Source: Chiloscyllium plagiosum (lineage: Eukaryota). From it: 20,000 nt of DNA. A program made the translations under genes and the position numbers. Below, in pieces: positions 1 to 10,175 of the stretch (position 1 is the stretch's first letter; each line of letters opens with the position of its first letter). Below the pieces are notes generated by a model. The model did not search any database. It was not told where the DNA came from and saw only the letters and a list, made by a program, of their open reading frames with translations. The DNA is taken from the NCBI RefSeq assembly GCF_004010195.1, contig NC_057758.1, positions 6,520,642 to 6,540,641 on the forward strand, given 5' to 3'.

Positions 1-339
1 TGCTGCTCCTTACCGAGAATTACAGAGATTATTCACTGCAGAGTCTCCGAACCGCTGAATGTAACTCGTGTTTTTTTCATCGACCTCACTGGGATATTGC
101 GGAAGTTTTGTAGGTGTCAATGAAAGCTGTGCTCTTGCTCCTCGGAACGTGGCCTTTTGAGGAGGCGAACACTGATAGCAGGAGGCTGAAAGGTAAGTAA
201 ATTGCCACAGGTGGATGCATCCATCAGGAACTGATGTGAAGGATTCTTGACAAAGTAAAGACAGCATTCATCATTTCTAGCCAGGCCTGCTGCTGATTTC
301 GATCCTGCTGGACTTGGAGATTCACACTGCATCGCAAAG

Positions 340-1010
340 TAGAACCAAAGAGGAAAGTTAAGACATCCAGAAGAAGGGGTAAAAGACAGAGTGAGAGTGC
401 GAAATAAACGTACAGTGAGTAATGAGGGAGTAAGAGAGAAGGATAATGGAGATTGAGAAAGGAAGAGGAGAGAACGGAAGCAAAAAGAAATGCAATAAAT
501 AAATGTATTACTGAGAAAAATGGAGATGGAGACAGACGGTTAAGGTGTTAGAGAGAGGTTAATGAGGAAGGCAGAATGCAGATAAAAGGGGTTAGAAAGC
601 GAAATAGACAAGGTAGAATAATGAAAAGCTGAGAGAAAACAGAGATAGGCGTTGCAGTAAAATGGAAAACAGAGAGAGAACTGTGGTTGAGAAAGAGAAT
701 AATGAGGTACAGAGAAAGAAGGTGAAGAGTTTTGAGAGATTTAAAAAAAAAACAGGCAGAGAAGAATGCGAGAGAATGAAAGCTACATGGAAAAAGGAAT
801 TGAAAAAAATTGATATTGAGTCATGATTGTGAGAGTGTTTGGATGAAAACGTCAGAAAAAGACTAAAACAGGTATTGAATGACAACAGCGAGGGAGCACA
901 AATAGCGGCAGTCGCGATATTAATTGAGACTGAGAGATTGATGTGGGAGAGAGAGGGATAAGAATAAAATGTGAACAGAAAATCAATTCACAAATGGAGA
1001 GAGAGAGAGA
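340..1010. repeat. GA-rich (purine-strand) low-complexity tract
   Basis: Strong A/G bias with GAGAGA and GAAA runs; the minus-strand ORFs here (592..885, 852..1052) are F/L/S-rich artefacts. Confidence 0.75.
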
Positions 1011-1224
1011 ACCTTCATGTGATCTGTTTGTTGATTTGCGTTCTTCTGACATCGTCAGGATCCTTGCTTCTTACAGTCATGTCTAAATGCTTGCATAAAG
1101 TTAGGAGTTTCACTGACAGTTCTCGAGATTGGAGCAAGACATAGTCGGGAAGGGCAGAAGGACATCCAACCTACAGGTCCGTCTGAAACACCAGCACCAT
1201 TGTATTCACTCACCCTTAATTACT

Positions 1225-1428
1225 TTTCATTCGCAGGATATTGGTCTGCGGTATTGCCCCTTCCGCCGTTTGTTGGCAATCCCCAATTGTCCCCCTTGAG
1301 GAGAGTGGGGCAGAACTCCTCAGACTGCCTCAGTCCGTGTACCGTAGACAGAGCAGCAATAAAATGGCAGGGAGGCAGCTCCGTGATTTTGTCTGAGTGA
1401 CAGCGAATGAACAATCGATATATTTCAC
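1225..1428 (-). mobile_element. Degraded 3' end of a CR1/L2-group LINE
   Basis: Parallels 1440-1635 (ccccttgag...cagtccgtgt...gggaggcagctcc...gatatattt versus ccccgtgag...cagtccatgt...gggaaggacttcc...gatatattt) and is the reverse of the 9770-9950 LINE end. Confidence 0.6.
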
Positions 1429-1429
1429 T

Positions 1430-2215
1430 TATACTTCATCCCATTCATTCATAGGATTTGGAAGGCGTTGTCAGACAACAGGTATTGCTCTGTTACTTGG
1501 CCCCGTGAGAAAGTGGCAGTCAGCTGCTTTCTTGAAATAATGCAGTCCATGTGCTCAGTGTAGACCGGCCATTCCATCAGGGAAGGACTTCCACAATTTC
1601 AATCGAGCGGCACTGAATACATGGTGATATATTTGAAGTCAATATGGTGAGTGGCTTGGAGGGGAAAGTACAGGGGTTAGTGGTCAAATCTATCTGCTGC
1701 TCTTGTTCTTCTCTATGGAAATGAACGTGGGTTTCGAAGATTCTAACTGAGGAATTTTAGTAAATTTTTACAGTGCGTCTTTTAGATGGTACACATTGCT
1801 GCTGAGCATTGCTGGCCAAGAGAGTGGATGTGTGTATATGTTTTGCGAATCAAGTGAGCTTTATTGTCATGGATCCAGTCAAGATTCTTGTGTGTAACAG
1901 CAGCTTCAAAAATCCAGACAGGTGGGTTTGACACTATTCACTTGTGCCTCGTCGATGATGAAACAATTTTGTGGGGAGTGGAGTTGGAGGTGAGGAGCTG
2001 GAGGGTAAGGAGCTGAGAAAGGCGCAGCAGAATTCCTAAACTCTAAATCGCTATTTAGCGAGTATATTGAGCTAGCTGCTCTAATTTAGTTTTTGGTTCA
2101 ATTTGAAGGAACTCAATGTAAGTAGATGACGGCTGGGGGTCGGGGAATGGGGCGTGCGAGGTGTACATTAATGATGCCTCGATTGAACATCAAGGGACAA
2201 TGTTTAGATTCTCTC
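1430..2215 (-). mobile_element. CR1/L2-group LINE, 3' end plus RT C-terminal region, degraded
   Basis: (ATTC)n-like tail at ~1436-1452; homologous in reverse to 8050-8510 and 9770-9950 (e.g. atggtgagtggcttggagg versus cctccaagccactcat). Confidence 0.7.
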
Positions 2216-2549
2216 GTAATGTTAACGTTTAGAACGTTGAAGGTTGGCAGGGAGTAATTCAGTTATGGTAACACCATTGAAGTTCAAGCGGCGACAATTA
2301 CTGAAGGAGTGAGAAGGAGGCCAACTCGGAAGATTATGAGTGGGCATAAGTGGTGAAGGCTTGAAAGGATAACCTGAAAAACAATTGGGTTGATGAAAAC
2401 CTCTGTATGAATGAGTGAGGGTGGGGGAGTTGAGCTGATGGGCACTGTCAGCAGTGCGTCAGCATCACCTCCTACTTTTGATTCCAAGTAAAGACAACAA
2501 AGCTACATGTTTCCACTTTATTCTGAATCTGAAAAGCATAAGTGCTCGA

Positions 2550-2875
2550 CCTGTGTGTGTATTTGGAATTCCTTAGGTATTATGTGTTATTGTAAATGTT
2601 GATATGTATGCCTATCTGTCCCGATGTGGTTGTGTTGTGTAAGTTTGTATATGTGACTGTTTCCGTGAACCTTCCATTTCACGTGCGCGTCTGTGGCGTG
2701 TGGTGTGTTTTTGTGTGTGTGTGTGTTTCAGTCTCTGTGTTTATCTTTGTGTGTGCATTTATGATTCTATGCATGTATCTTTGTCTGTGTTTCTGTGTGC
2801 CTCTATGTCTGTGATTCTGTCTCTGTGTCTTAGTGCATTCCTGTGTGTATCGATGATTTTGTTTTATTATGCACC
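2550..2875. repeat. Degenerate (TG)n / TG-rich simple repeat
   Basis: Numerous TGTGT runs; ORFs 2596..2814 and 2700..2909 are C/V-rich artefacts. Confidence 0.8.
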
Positions 2876-3490
2876 TCTATTCAATGGGTTTTCTGTAATC
2901 GAGTCATAGAGTCCTAAAACATGCAGACATGCCCTTTGATCCAAACGGATCCATGCCAAACAAAATGTCCAACCACGCTAACCCCATTTCCTTCAAACTT
3001 GGCCCATATGCTCCTAATCCTTTTCCATCCATGTATTTGTACAAATGACTTTTAAACTTTGTTAATGTATCCAATCACGTCCACTAACAGCTCATTCCAT
3101 ATGCAACCAATTCCATGTGTAAGGACGGTTTACCTCAGTTTCCATTTTATTATTTCCCATCTAACATTAAATTTGAGTCTTCCTTTTCTCGATTCTCAAA
3201 CCTTGAGAAAAGGACTGTTTGCATTCACGCTATCCATGCCTCACATGTGACCTATTAGATACACACTCAGTCTCCTAAACGCGAATGTAAAAAAGACCTT
3301 GCTTGTCCAACCTCTCTCTATAACAGAGACCACTGAGACCTGACAGCATCCTTGTAAAATTTTGATGCAGTCTTTCCAGATTAATACCATCCTTCTTGCA
3401 GCAAGGTGACCAAAACCGAACACAATACTCCAAGCGCATCTTCACCAATGTCCTGTAAAACATACCTTCTCAACTTCAACAATCATTGTC

Positions 3491-3733
3491 CTGGATTAGT
3501 GGTGCTGGAAGGGCACAGCAGTTCAGGCAGCATCCGAGGAGCAGTAAAATAGACGTTTCGGGCAAAAGTCCTTCATCAGGAATATTATTTCCCAGGAATA
3601 TTATTCCTGATGAAGGGATTTTGCCCAAAATTTCGATTTTACTGCTCCTCGGATGCTGCCTGAAATGCTGTGCTCTTCCAGCACCACTAATCCAGAATCT
3701 GGTTTCCAGCATCTGCAGTCATTGTTTTTACCT
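3491..3733. mobile_element. Palindromic Penelope-like (PLE)-derived non-autonomous insert with hammerhead motifs
   Basis: ~95-bp inverted arms (3491-~3585 and ~3602-3695) plus an unpaired tail to 3733; flanking direct repeat tcaacaatcattgtcctg (3476-3493) / tcaataatcaatgccctg (3737-3754). Confidence 0.8.
3552..3579 (-). ncRNA. Minimal type I hammerhead ribozyme motif (PLE-type)
   Basis: Minus strand reads CTGATGA-A-GGAC-TTTT-GCCC-GAAAC-GTC: core CUGAnGA, GAAA and GUC intact, one mismatch in stem II, loopless palindromic stem III (ACGT). Confidence 0.6.
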
Positions 3734-4049
3734 AGGTCAATAATCAATGCCCTGTCTAATGAAGGCGCGTGTTCCAAAAGCCCTCTGCACTGCCCTTGCT
3801 ACCTGTGACTCCACTTTCAGAGAACTGTGCACCTGAAATCCAAAGTCCCTCTGTGGCAATCCACTCATTAAAGCCCGACTATTCACCATGAAACACAGAC
3901 CTTGATTTGACTTTCCAAAATGCAAGACCACACACTTATCTCAATTAACTATTATTTGCCATTTCTCGGCCCACTTCCCAAGATATCAAAGTTCTGCTTT
4001 CAATTGTCACAATCTTCCTCACCTTCCACCATACATTTTTTTTTTGTTT

Positions 4050-5140
4050 TAGCGCTGTAGAACTTTGAACATGAAACAGTACAGGCCTTCCGGCCGTCAA
4101 TGTTATGCCGACGAGTGAAATCCATCTGAAGCCCAATCAAACTCCACCATTCCAGTTTCGTCCATATGAAAACGCAATGACAATGTAAATGCCCTTAAAT
4201 TTGGCGAGTCCACTACTGTTGCAGGCAGTGCATTCCAAGCCGCTACTGCTATCGGAGTAAAGAAACTAACTCGGGCATCTGTCAACCTTCAATTTAAAGC
4301 AATGCCCCCTCGTGCTAGCCAACACTGTCTGACGATAAACTAAGCACTCGCTGTGCACCCGATCCAACCCTCTGATCATCTTATAAGTCTCTACCAAGTC
4401 CCCCTCAATTCTGCTCACCAACGAAAACAGCCTCAACTCCCTCAGAATTTCCTCGTAAGACCTTCTCTCCATACCAGCAGCATCCTCGGAAATCTCCTCT
4501 GAAACTGTTCCCAAGCTTCTACATCTTTCCAACAATGCAGTGACCAGAACTATCCATAAAAATCCAAGTGCGGCTGCAAAAGGGTTTTGTACCGTTGCAG
4601 CACGATCTCATGGTTCTGAAACTCAATCCCTCCACTAATAAAAGCTAACAATCCATATGCCTTCTAAACAACTGCATCAATGTGTTTGTCGACTTTCTCG
4701 GATCTATGTACATGGACACCGAGATGTCTCTGCTCATCTACACTCCCATAAGCTGAGAACTCTGCATTGCTGTTGCTCCTTCCAAACTTAAACACCCGAC
4801 AATTTTCCGCATTAAATCCATTTGCAACTCTCAGCCCAGCGAGGCAGCGGACCTGAGAGTCTCTTAAACCAACAACATTCTTTTCCACTATCCACAACTC
4901 TACGGAAGGTAGAGTCATTAGCAGTTTTAACAACCCATTCTTCTGGGCCATAATGCAGGTCGTTTATAAAATGACAAGCAGCAGTGGACATAAAACAGAT
5001 CCTTCATGTATAGCGCTAGCAAATGAACTCCAGGATGAACAATTCCCATCAACCTCCACACTCTGTCTTCTTTCAGTCAGCCAATTTCAGATCCAGACCA
5101 CTAAATCACTCCCAATCACATGCCTCTGTATTTTGCACGG
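4050..5140 (-). mobile_element. CR1 (HER1-like) LINE 3' portion, RT C-terminus
   Basis: Minus ORFs SYEEILRELRLFSL...GDLVETYKMIRGLDRV, FFT...AWNALPATVV and FNAENCRVFKFGRSN...EQRHLGVHVHRS are CR1 ORF2 signatures. Confidence 0.9.
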
Positions 5141-5269
5141 ATTTCTTAGAACGTGGCTGATATTACATGAGACAATGTAATTCACAATCAGAACTGAGGG
5201 CTAGTCCAGTCAGTTCACAGTGACAAAAATTTGCAGAGAGCAACAGAATACAATAAAATAAGAAACTTG

Positions 5270-5490
5270 AACGTTCATAGGAGACGTGATGGGCAGGTTT
5301 GTAAAATAGAATGAGATAGGATTCTGCAATGCACAGGCAGGGATAGTGGTGGAGGCACATGAATATGTAAGGAATGGAGAGGTATGAAACAAGGACAGAC
5401 ATAAGGGATTAGTTCCGCTTAGTGTCATGTTCGGCACAACATTATGGGTTGATGGGCCCATTAGTGTGATGTGCAGTTCTGTGTCCTGTA
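5270..5490 (+). mobile_element. CR1 LINE 3' end fragment
   Basis: gtggtggaggca...gggattagt...gggcccattagtgtgatgtgcagttctgtgtcct resembles the CR1/HER1 3' UTR terminus. Confidence 0.65.
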
Positions 5491-5673
5491 TCAGTGGTAA
5501 CAACAGTGCAGCGGCAAATTTACAGACAGAGCAGATCAGTGCAACACTCAGTCGTGTTGGTCTGGAGTCACATGTAAGGGCGAGCAAGTCAGAGGAAAAT
5601 ACGGTGGTATGGTTCTGGAGTCAGATGTAGAAACAGAGTATGCCATTGGTACTCACAGTGCTGTGTGTCGAGC

Positions 5674-6138
5674 GTCATAGAATGACACAGTTAAAAAAAC
5701 AGAATCTTTGCTCCAATTCGGTCATGCCGAAAAGATATCCAAAATTTATCGAACCCCATTTGGCAGCATTTACCGCATATCACTCTAATTGCTTCCTATT
5801 CAAATCCACAACCAGGTGCCTTATAATATTATAATTGTTGCAGTATTTTGCACTTCCTCTGGCAGTTCATTTCATGCATGTGCCATCCTCTAGGCGAAAG
5901 GAAGATGGCCCTCAGGTCTTGTTTAAATCGTTCCCCTCTCTGCCTGAAACAGAGGCTCTTTCCTTTGGTCTCCCTTACCGTAGAGAAAGACAATACGTTG
6001 CACCCTATCCATGCCCATCATGATGTTTTAAAAATTTATAAGGTCACCCATCAGCTCTAGGGACCAGGAAGAATTAGCCTCTTGAGACTAATCCTCAACG
6101 GCAAACCCGCCAAACGTGACGATATCCTTATAACTCCT
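5674..6138 (-). mobile_element. CR1 LINE 3' end inserted in the minisatellite
   Basis: Begins gtcatagaatgacacag; contains caccctatccatgccc-tcatgat...aggtcaccc-tcagc, as in the other CR1 ends. Confidence 0.8.
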
Positions 6139-7153
6139 TTGTGGTACCCACAGAGCTGTGGGTCTGCACTTTCATACAGAGACAGATCAGACGAGTCGTA
6201 ACTGCAGTTCTGTGGGCTGTAGTCACGTTTAAATTCACAGCAGGTCAGTGGTAACCAGAGTGCTGTTCGTCTGTTGTCAAATGTATAGAGAGAGCAGGTC
6301 AATGGTAGCCACAGTGCTGTGGGTCTGGAGTCAAGAATGGAAACAACTTTAGAGAGTGGTAATCACCGTGTTCAGCGTCTGGAGTCACGTGCAGAAATAG
6401 AGGCATTTCTAAGCATAGTTTTGTTTCCCTATGTTACTTATTGAGACAGAGTTGGTCAATAATGCACTCCGTGCTATGGCCCTGTAGTCACAGAGCAGGT
6501 TAATAATAACCACAGTGCTGTGAGTCTGAAGTCACCTGCACACACAGCGCGGGTGGGTACTAATCACATTGCTGTGGATCTGATTCAAATGCAGGTACAG
6601 TGCAGATGAGTGGTAACCAAAGAGCTTTGTTTTGGGGCTTATACTTAGAGAAGGAGCAAGTCACTGGAAACCACAGTGCGGTGTGGCTTGTCTCGCATTT
6701 AGAGACAGAGCAGTTCATAAATAACAACTATGCTCTCCTTCTGGTGTCACATGTAGTGCTAGAGTCGAACAGTAGCACCCACAGTGCTGTGGGTTCAGAG
6801 ACACAGATACAAAGCAGATAGTGATAACGACGATGCCGTGGGTCTGGATACCAGTACTGAGCAGTTCAGTGGTAATCACCGTGCTGTGGGTCTGGAGTCT
6901 CATGATGATACAGGGAAGATCAGTATATTGACAGTGCTGTTGGTCTGGAGTCAGATTATTGATAGAGCAGATTAGTGATATGCAGAGTGTCATGGATCTG
7001 GAGTCACATATAGATCGTGCAGTTGACTGATAACCACCGTGCTTTTGGTTTGGAGTCAAATGCAGAGTGAAAACAGGTCAGGGGAAACCATTTTCTGGAA
7101 GGAGATGTTGAGACAGAGCAGATCAGTAGTACCCATATTGACGTCGGCCTGCA

Positions 7154-7560
7154 GTCATCGTTCATAGAAACGTACAATAAAGAAACAGAACCTTTTGTCA
7201 CCCATGGCGACCAGCTATCCTAAATTTATCGAATCACATGTACCAATATTTGGTCCATATCCCTCCAAACCTTTCTTATTTAAAATCTCACTCAGATGTC
7301 TTTTACTTGTAGTAATTGTAGCAGACCCCAACACTTGCTCCGCCAGTTCATTTCATGGTCGCACTACACTGTGAGTGAAAAAAAAATTGCCCATTTCATG
7401 TCTACCTCCTCACACTGAAAAGCATGCCAGATAGTTTTGGGCACCAATAACCTGGGGGAAAGTCATGAACTATTCAACCTACCCATGCGTTTCATGTTTT
7501 TATAAACTTCTGTCAGGTTCCCGCGAAGCCTCTGATGCTCCAGAGAAAAAAAAGCAACAT
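7154..7560 (-). mobile_element. CR1 LINE 3' end inserted in the minisatellite
   Basis: Begins gtcatcgttcatagaaacgtaca; tttggtccatatccctccaaacctttc...ctatt-aacct-cccatg is shared with the 2900 and 5674 copies. Confidence 0.8.
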
Positions 7561-7730
7561 CAGTGCCGCTGTGTGTCTGGAGTCACATGCAAAAGGAGAA
7601 AGTAGTATTGGTAACCACAATGTTGTGGGTGTGTAGTCGCGTATACAGACACGGAACGTCAGTGGTAATTGCAGTGCTGGGAGACGGGCGTCACTTGCAG
7701 AGACAGTGCAGCGGGTTGACAAGTGTCAAG

Positions 7731-7938
7731 GCAAATAGAAGACTGCAGGTTCTGGCGATAAGAGGCCAGAGTGTGGTTCTGGAAAAGCACAACGGGCCAG
7801 ACAGCATTCGAGGAGCAGGAAAATCAACGTTTCAGACTAAAGCCCTACCTCAGGAAGGGCTTTTGCCCATAACATTGATTTTCTTGCTCCTCGGATGCTG
7901 CCTGGTTTGCTGTCGTTTCTAGCACCACACCCTCAACA
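7731..7938. mobile_element. Palindromic PLE-derived insert, degraded
   Basis: Inverted arms (cgaggagcaggaaaatcaacgtt / aacattgattttcttgctcctcg); possible TSD gacaagtgtcaag (7718-7730) / gaaaagttgcaag (7939-7951). Confidence 0.75.
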
Positions 7939-8039
7939 GAAAAGTTGCAAGTCATATCCACGTCGTGCACATGCCAAGTTATGATCCCTACCAATTGACC
8001 CGACACATTCAATGTTGTTACAATCAATGAGTCCCCACT

Positions 8040-8510
8040 ATGAATATCCTGGGCTTTATGTTTGATAAGGAACTTAACTGTACTCACCACGTAAACACAT
8101 TAGCGACAGGAAGAGGTCAGCGACTAGGAATACTGTGGCGAATAACTCAGGTCTTAACTACCCAAAGCCTCGGCATAATCTAAAAGATACAGGTCATGAG
8201 TGTGATGGACTACTGCTCGCTTGTCTGGATGAGTGCAGCTGTAACAACACTTAAGAAGTTGTGAACCATCCAGGATAATGCAGTGCATGAATGGAAGTAT
8301 ATTCCCATCTATCCAATCGCTCCAACGCCCACGCTCAGGAGTAGCAGTTTGTTTTTTATATCGGATGTCTTGACAAAATTCAGCAAATTTCTCTCAGATC
8401 ACACTATTAAAACCCATGACCAATTTGCCTTACACGAAAAAGGGTAGCAGATTCATGGGGAAGCTATCATCTGCAAGGTCTCCTCCAAGCCACTCATATC
8501 CTGACTTCGA
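8040..8510 (+). mobile_element. CR1/L2-group LINE RT C-terminus (5' part of a split element)
   Basis: Degenerate coding for IxKIQVMSVMDYCSLVWMSAAVTTLKKLxTIQD, a non-LTR RT C-terminal motif; continues at ~9758. Confidence 0.75.
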
Positions 8511-9757
8511 ACAAACAAAAAGAAGTCTATCAAAGGAACAGGCCCTAGCCCTCCAAACCTTCGCCGAACATTATGCCCTAATGAAAATAAAACACAAGCC
8601 ATCTGCCCTTCTTCCGTCGGTATCCCTCTATTCTCTCCCTATTCACGTACTGATCCAAATGGTTCTGAAATATCGTCAACCTGGTTGCTTTCATTACCTC
8701 ATGTGGCAGTGCGTTCCAGTCTCCTACCCATCTTGCTGGATGTTCTTCCGTCGCACATCTCCATTGGCGAATTCTGATGCAAAGTTTTCATTTTGGTCCA
8801 TGCATAATTTCAACTGCGCGCCCTTGATCCTCGAGTGTGCCTGTTAATTCCTTGCGACACAGTTTCTTCTCATTTATGCATGAAATGTCCTAGGATTCTC
8901 CTTGACCCTGTTTGCTAAAGACATTTTGTGGTCGCTTTTAGGATTCTTAATTCCTCATTTAACCTCCTTACTAATTTTCTCTATCCACCCAAAGTGCTTC
9001 GTCAGTTTGTACCTGCCAATGTATATTATACTCTTCTTTTTCCTCTTTTTAAAGAAGCTTACAATTCGCCTTGTTACCCACAATTCCCGATTCTTGTCAG
9101 GCTTAACATTCAAATTATTTTAATGTTTTGTAGTTTAATCAACTGGCCTATAAAAGCCTCACTATTTCCAGATACAGATTGGCCCTCAAATAACCGTCCA
9201 ATCCACATTCACCAGTTATTATCTAATTAAATGCAATTGAGCCTTTCTAAATTAAGCACTCTAATCAGGCGGCCACTCTTGTTCTTGTCCATGACTCCTC
9301 GAAATCTTATGAATGTACAGTCACTAAGTCCAAAGTGCTCTTCTACTTCGCACTGATCTACTGTTCTGACACATTTTATAATCTCAAATCTAGTATGGCC
9401 GCGTCTCTAGTTAGATTGTCAATGTACTGTCTCAAAAGTAATCCTCCTGGACACATCCAATAATTTGATCTCCATCTGGTCCCCTGGATCTAAGTGAGTC
9501 CCAATCAGTAAACAGAAAGGTTAACGTCACAAATCACAAAATACCCTGTTTTCTCCAAACGTTTTCAGTAACTCACTACGTATCTGCGCCTCTGTCTCCT
9601 CTGAGCCCAGCGACGTCTCTCTGCCTATTCTTACTCTCGATGATGCCTATCTCGGTCTCACATTTGTCCCAACTCCCTGCACTGACTGGTTCGTTGTTCC
9701 GGTTCTGATCCAATGCTACAACGGCTGAATCCTTCAGAAGATCTCCAGCCAATATAT
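8511..9757 (-). mobile_element. Internally deleted CR1 LINE (3' end plus ORF2 endonuclease/tether pieces) nested in the preceding LINE
   Basis: 3' end aacaaaaagaag...ggaacaggccct...; degraded ORF2-like segments at 8880-9600. Confidence 0.6.
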
Positions 9758-9950
9758 TTGGAATTATGTAGTTGTTCCGTCACTGTCGCTGGGACAAAAT
9801 CCCTCCCTGATATCATTGTGGGTCAACAATAAACTGCAGCCTTTTAAAATGTATGCTCTCCACCGTGTTCTCAAGGGGATGTAGGGGTCGGCAATGAATG
9901 CTGGCCAACCAGAAAAGCACAGCACCCATAACCACACCTTAAAATAAAAT
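9758..9950 (+). mobile_element. 3' end of the LINE begun at 8040
   Basis: ttggaattatg...cactgtcgctggg...cattgtgggtc...ttctcaaggg...aatgctggcc...aaaataaaa resumes where 8510 (cctgacttcgaa) stops, judged against the unbroken minus copy at 1430-1660. Confidence 0.7.
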
Positions 9951-9994
9951 TCTCTGTCATGTTCAAGTTCAAGGATCCAAGTTCATCGGGTAAT

Positions 9995-10175
9995 AGGAGA
10001 AAGTGAGATGCTGCAGATCAGAGCTGAAAAATGTGTTGTTGGAAAAGCACAGCAGTTGAGGCAGCATCAGAGGAGTAGGAGAATCGACGTTTCGGGCAGA
10101 AGCCCATCTTCAAGAATGACATCCGTTGATGCTGCCTGACCTGCTGCGCTTTTCCAGCAACACATTCTTCAGCTC
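9995..10175. mobile_element. Palindromic PLE-derived insert with TSD
   Basis: Inverted arms gagctgaaaaatgtgttgttggaaaagc / gcttttccagcaacacattcttcagctc; TSD tcatcgggtaatag (9983-9996) / tcatcggttaatag (10174-10187); minus-strand hammerhead variant at 10086-10113. Confidence 0.8.

Larger units (their letters stand above)
2900..4035 (-). mobile_element. CR1 (HER1-like) LINE 3' portion, interrupted by a Penelope-derived insert
   Basis: gagtcatagagtc tail at 2901; minus ORFs FYRTLVKMRLEYCVRFWSPCCKKDGINLERLHQNFTRML and VLHFGKSNQ...QRDFGFQVHSSLKVESQVARAV match the CR1 ORF2 C-terminus. Confidence 0.9.
5490..7715. repeat. Old ~54-bp minisatellite in three blocks (5490-5677, 6140-7157, 7560-7715)
   Basis: Recurring unit approximately GAGCAGGTCAGTGGTAACCACAGTGCTGTGGGTCTGGAGTCACATGTAGAGACA; roughly 25 diverged copies by eye, split by two CR1 insertions. 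Confidence 0.85.

Noticed and set aside
13..190. Minus-strand exon (ttacctttcAG...CG|GTAAGG) as an immunoglobulin constant exon
   Set aside because: Too short for an Ig C1 domain and lacks the conserved Cys/Trp pattern.
1237..1400. Apparent second exon (ttttcattcgcAG acceptor, phase-compatible with 120-192) giving a ~78-aa protein
   Set aside because: The segment is an antisense LINE 3' end and the 'acceptor' is its (ATTC)n tail; no protein similarity.
3476..3743. Mirror-image ORFs on both strands (also 7563..7922, 12650..12920)
   Set aside because: Artefacts of the palindromic PLE-derived inserts.
5216..5231. CACAGTG immediately followed by ACAAAAATT (RSS heptamer plus nonamer-like)
   Set aside because: Zero spacer and no V/D/J segment nearby.
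6140..7157. Minisatellite as a CRISPR array or an antigen-receptor D/J RSS array
   Set aside because: Vertebrate context, whole units are homologous with no unique spacers, no cas genes; the nonamer candidates I checked at 22-23 spacing match only 5/9.
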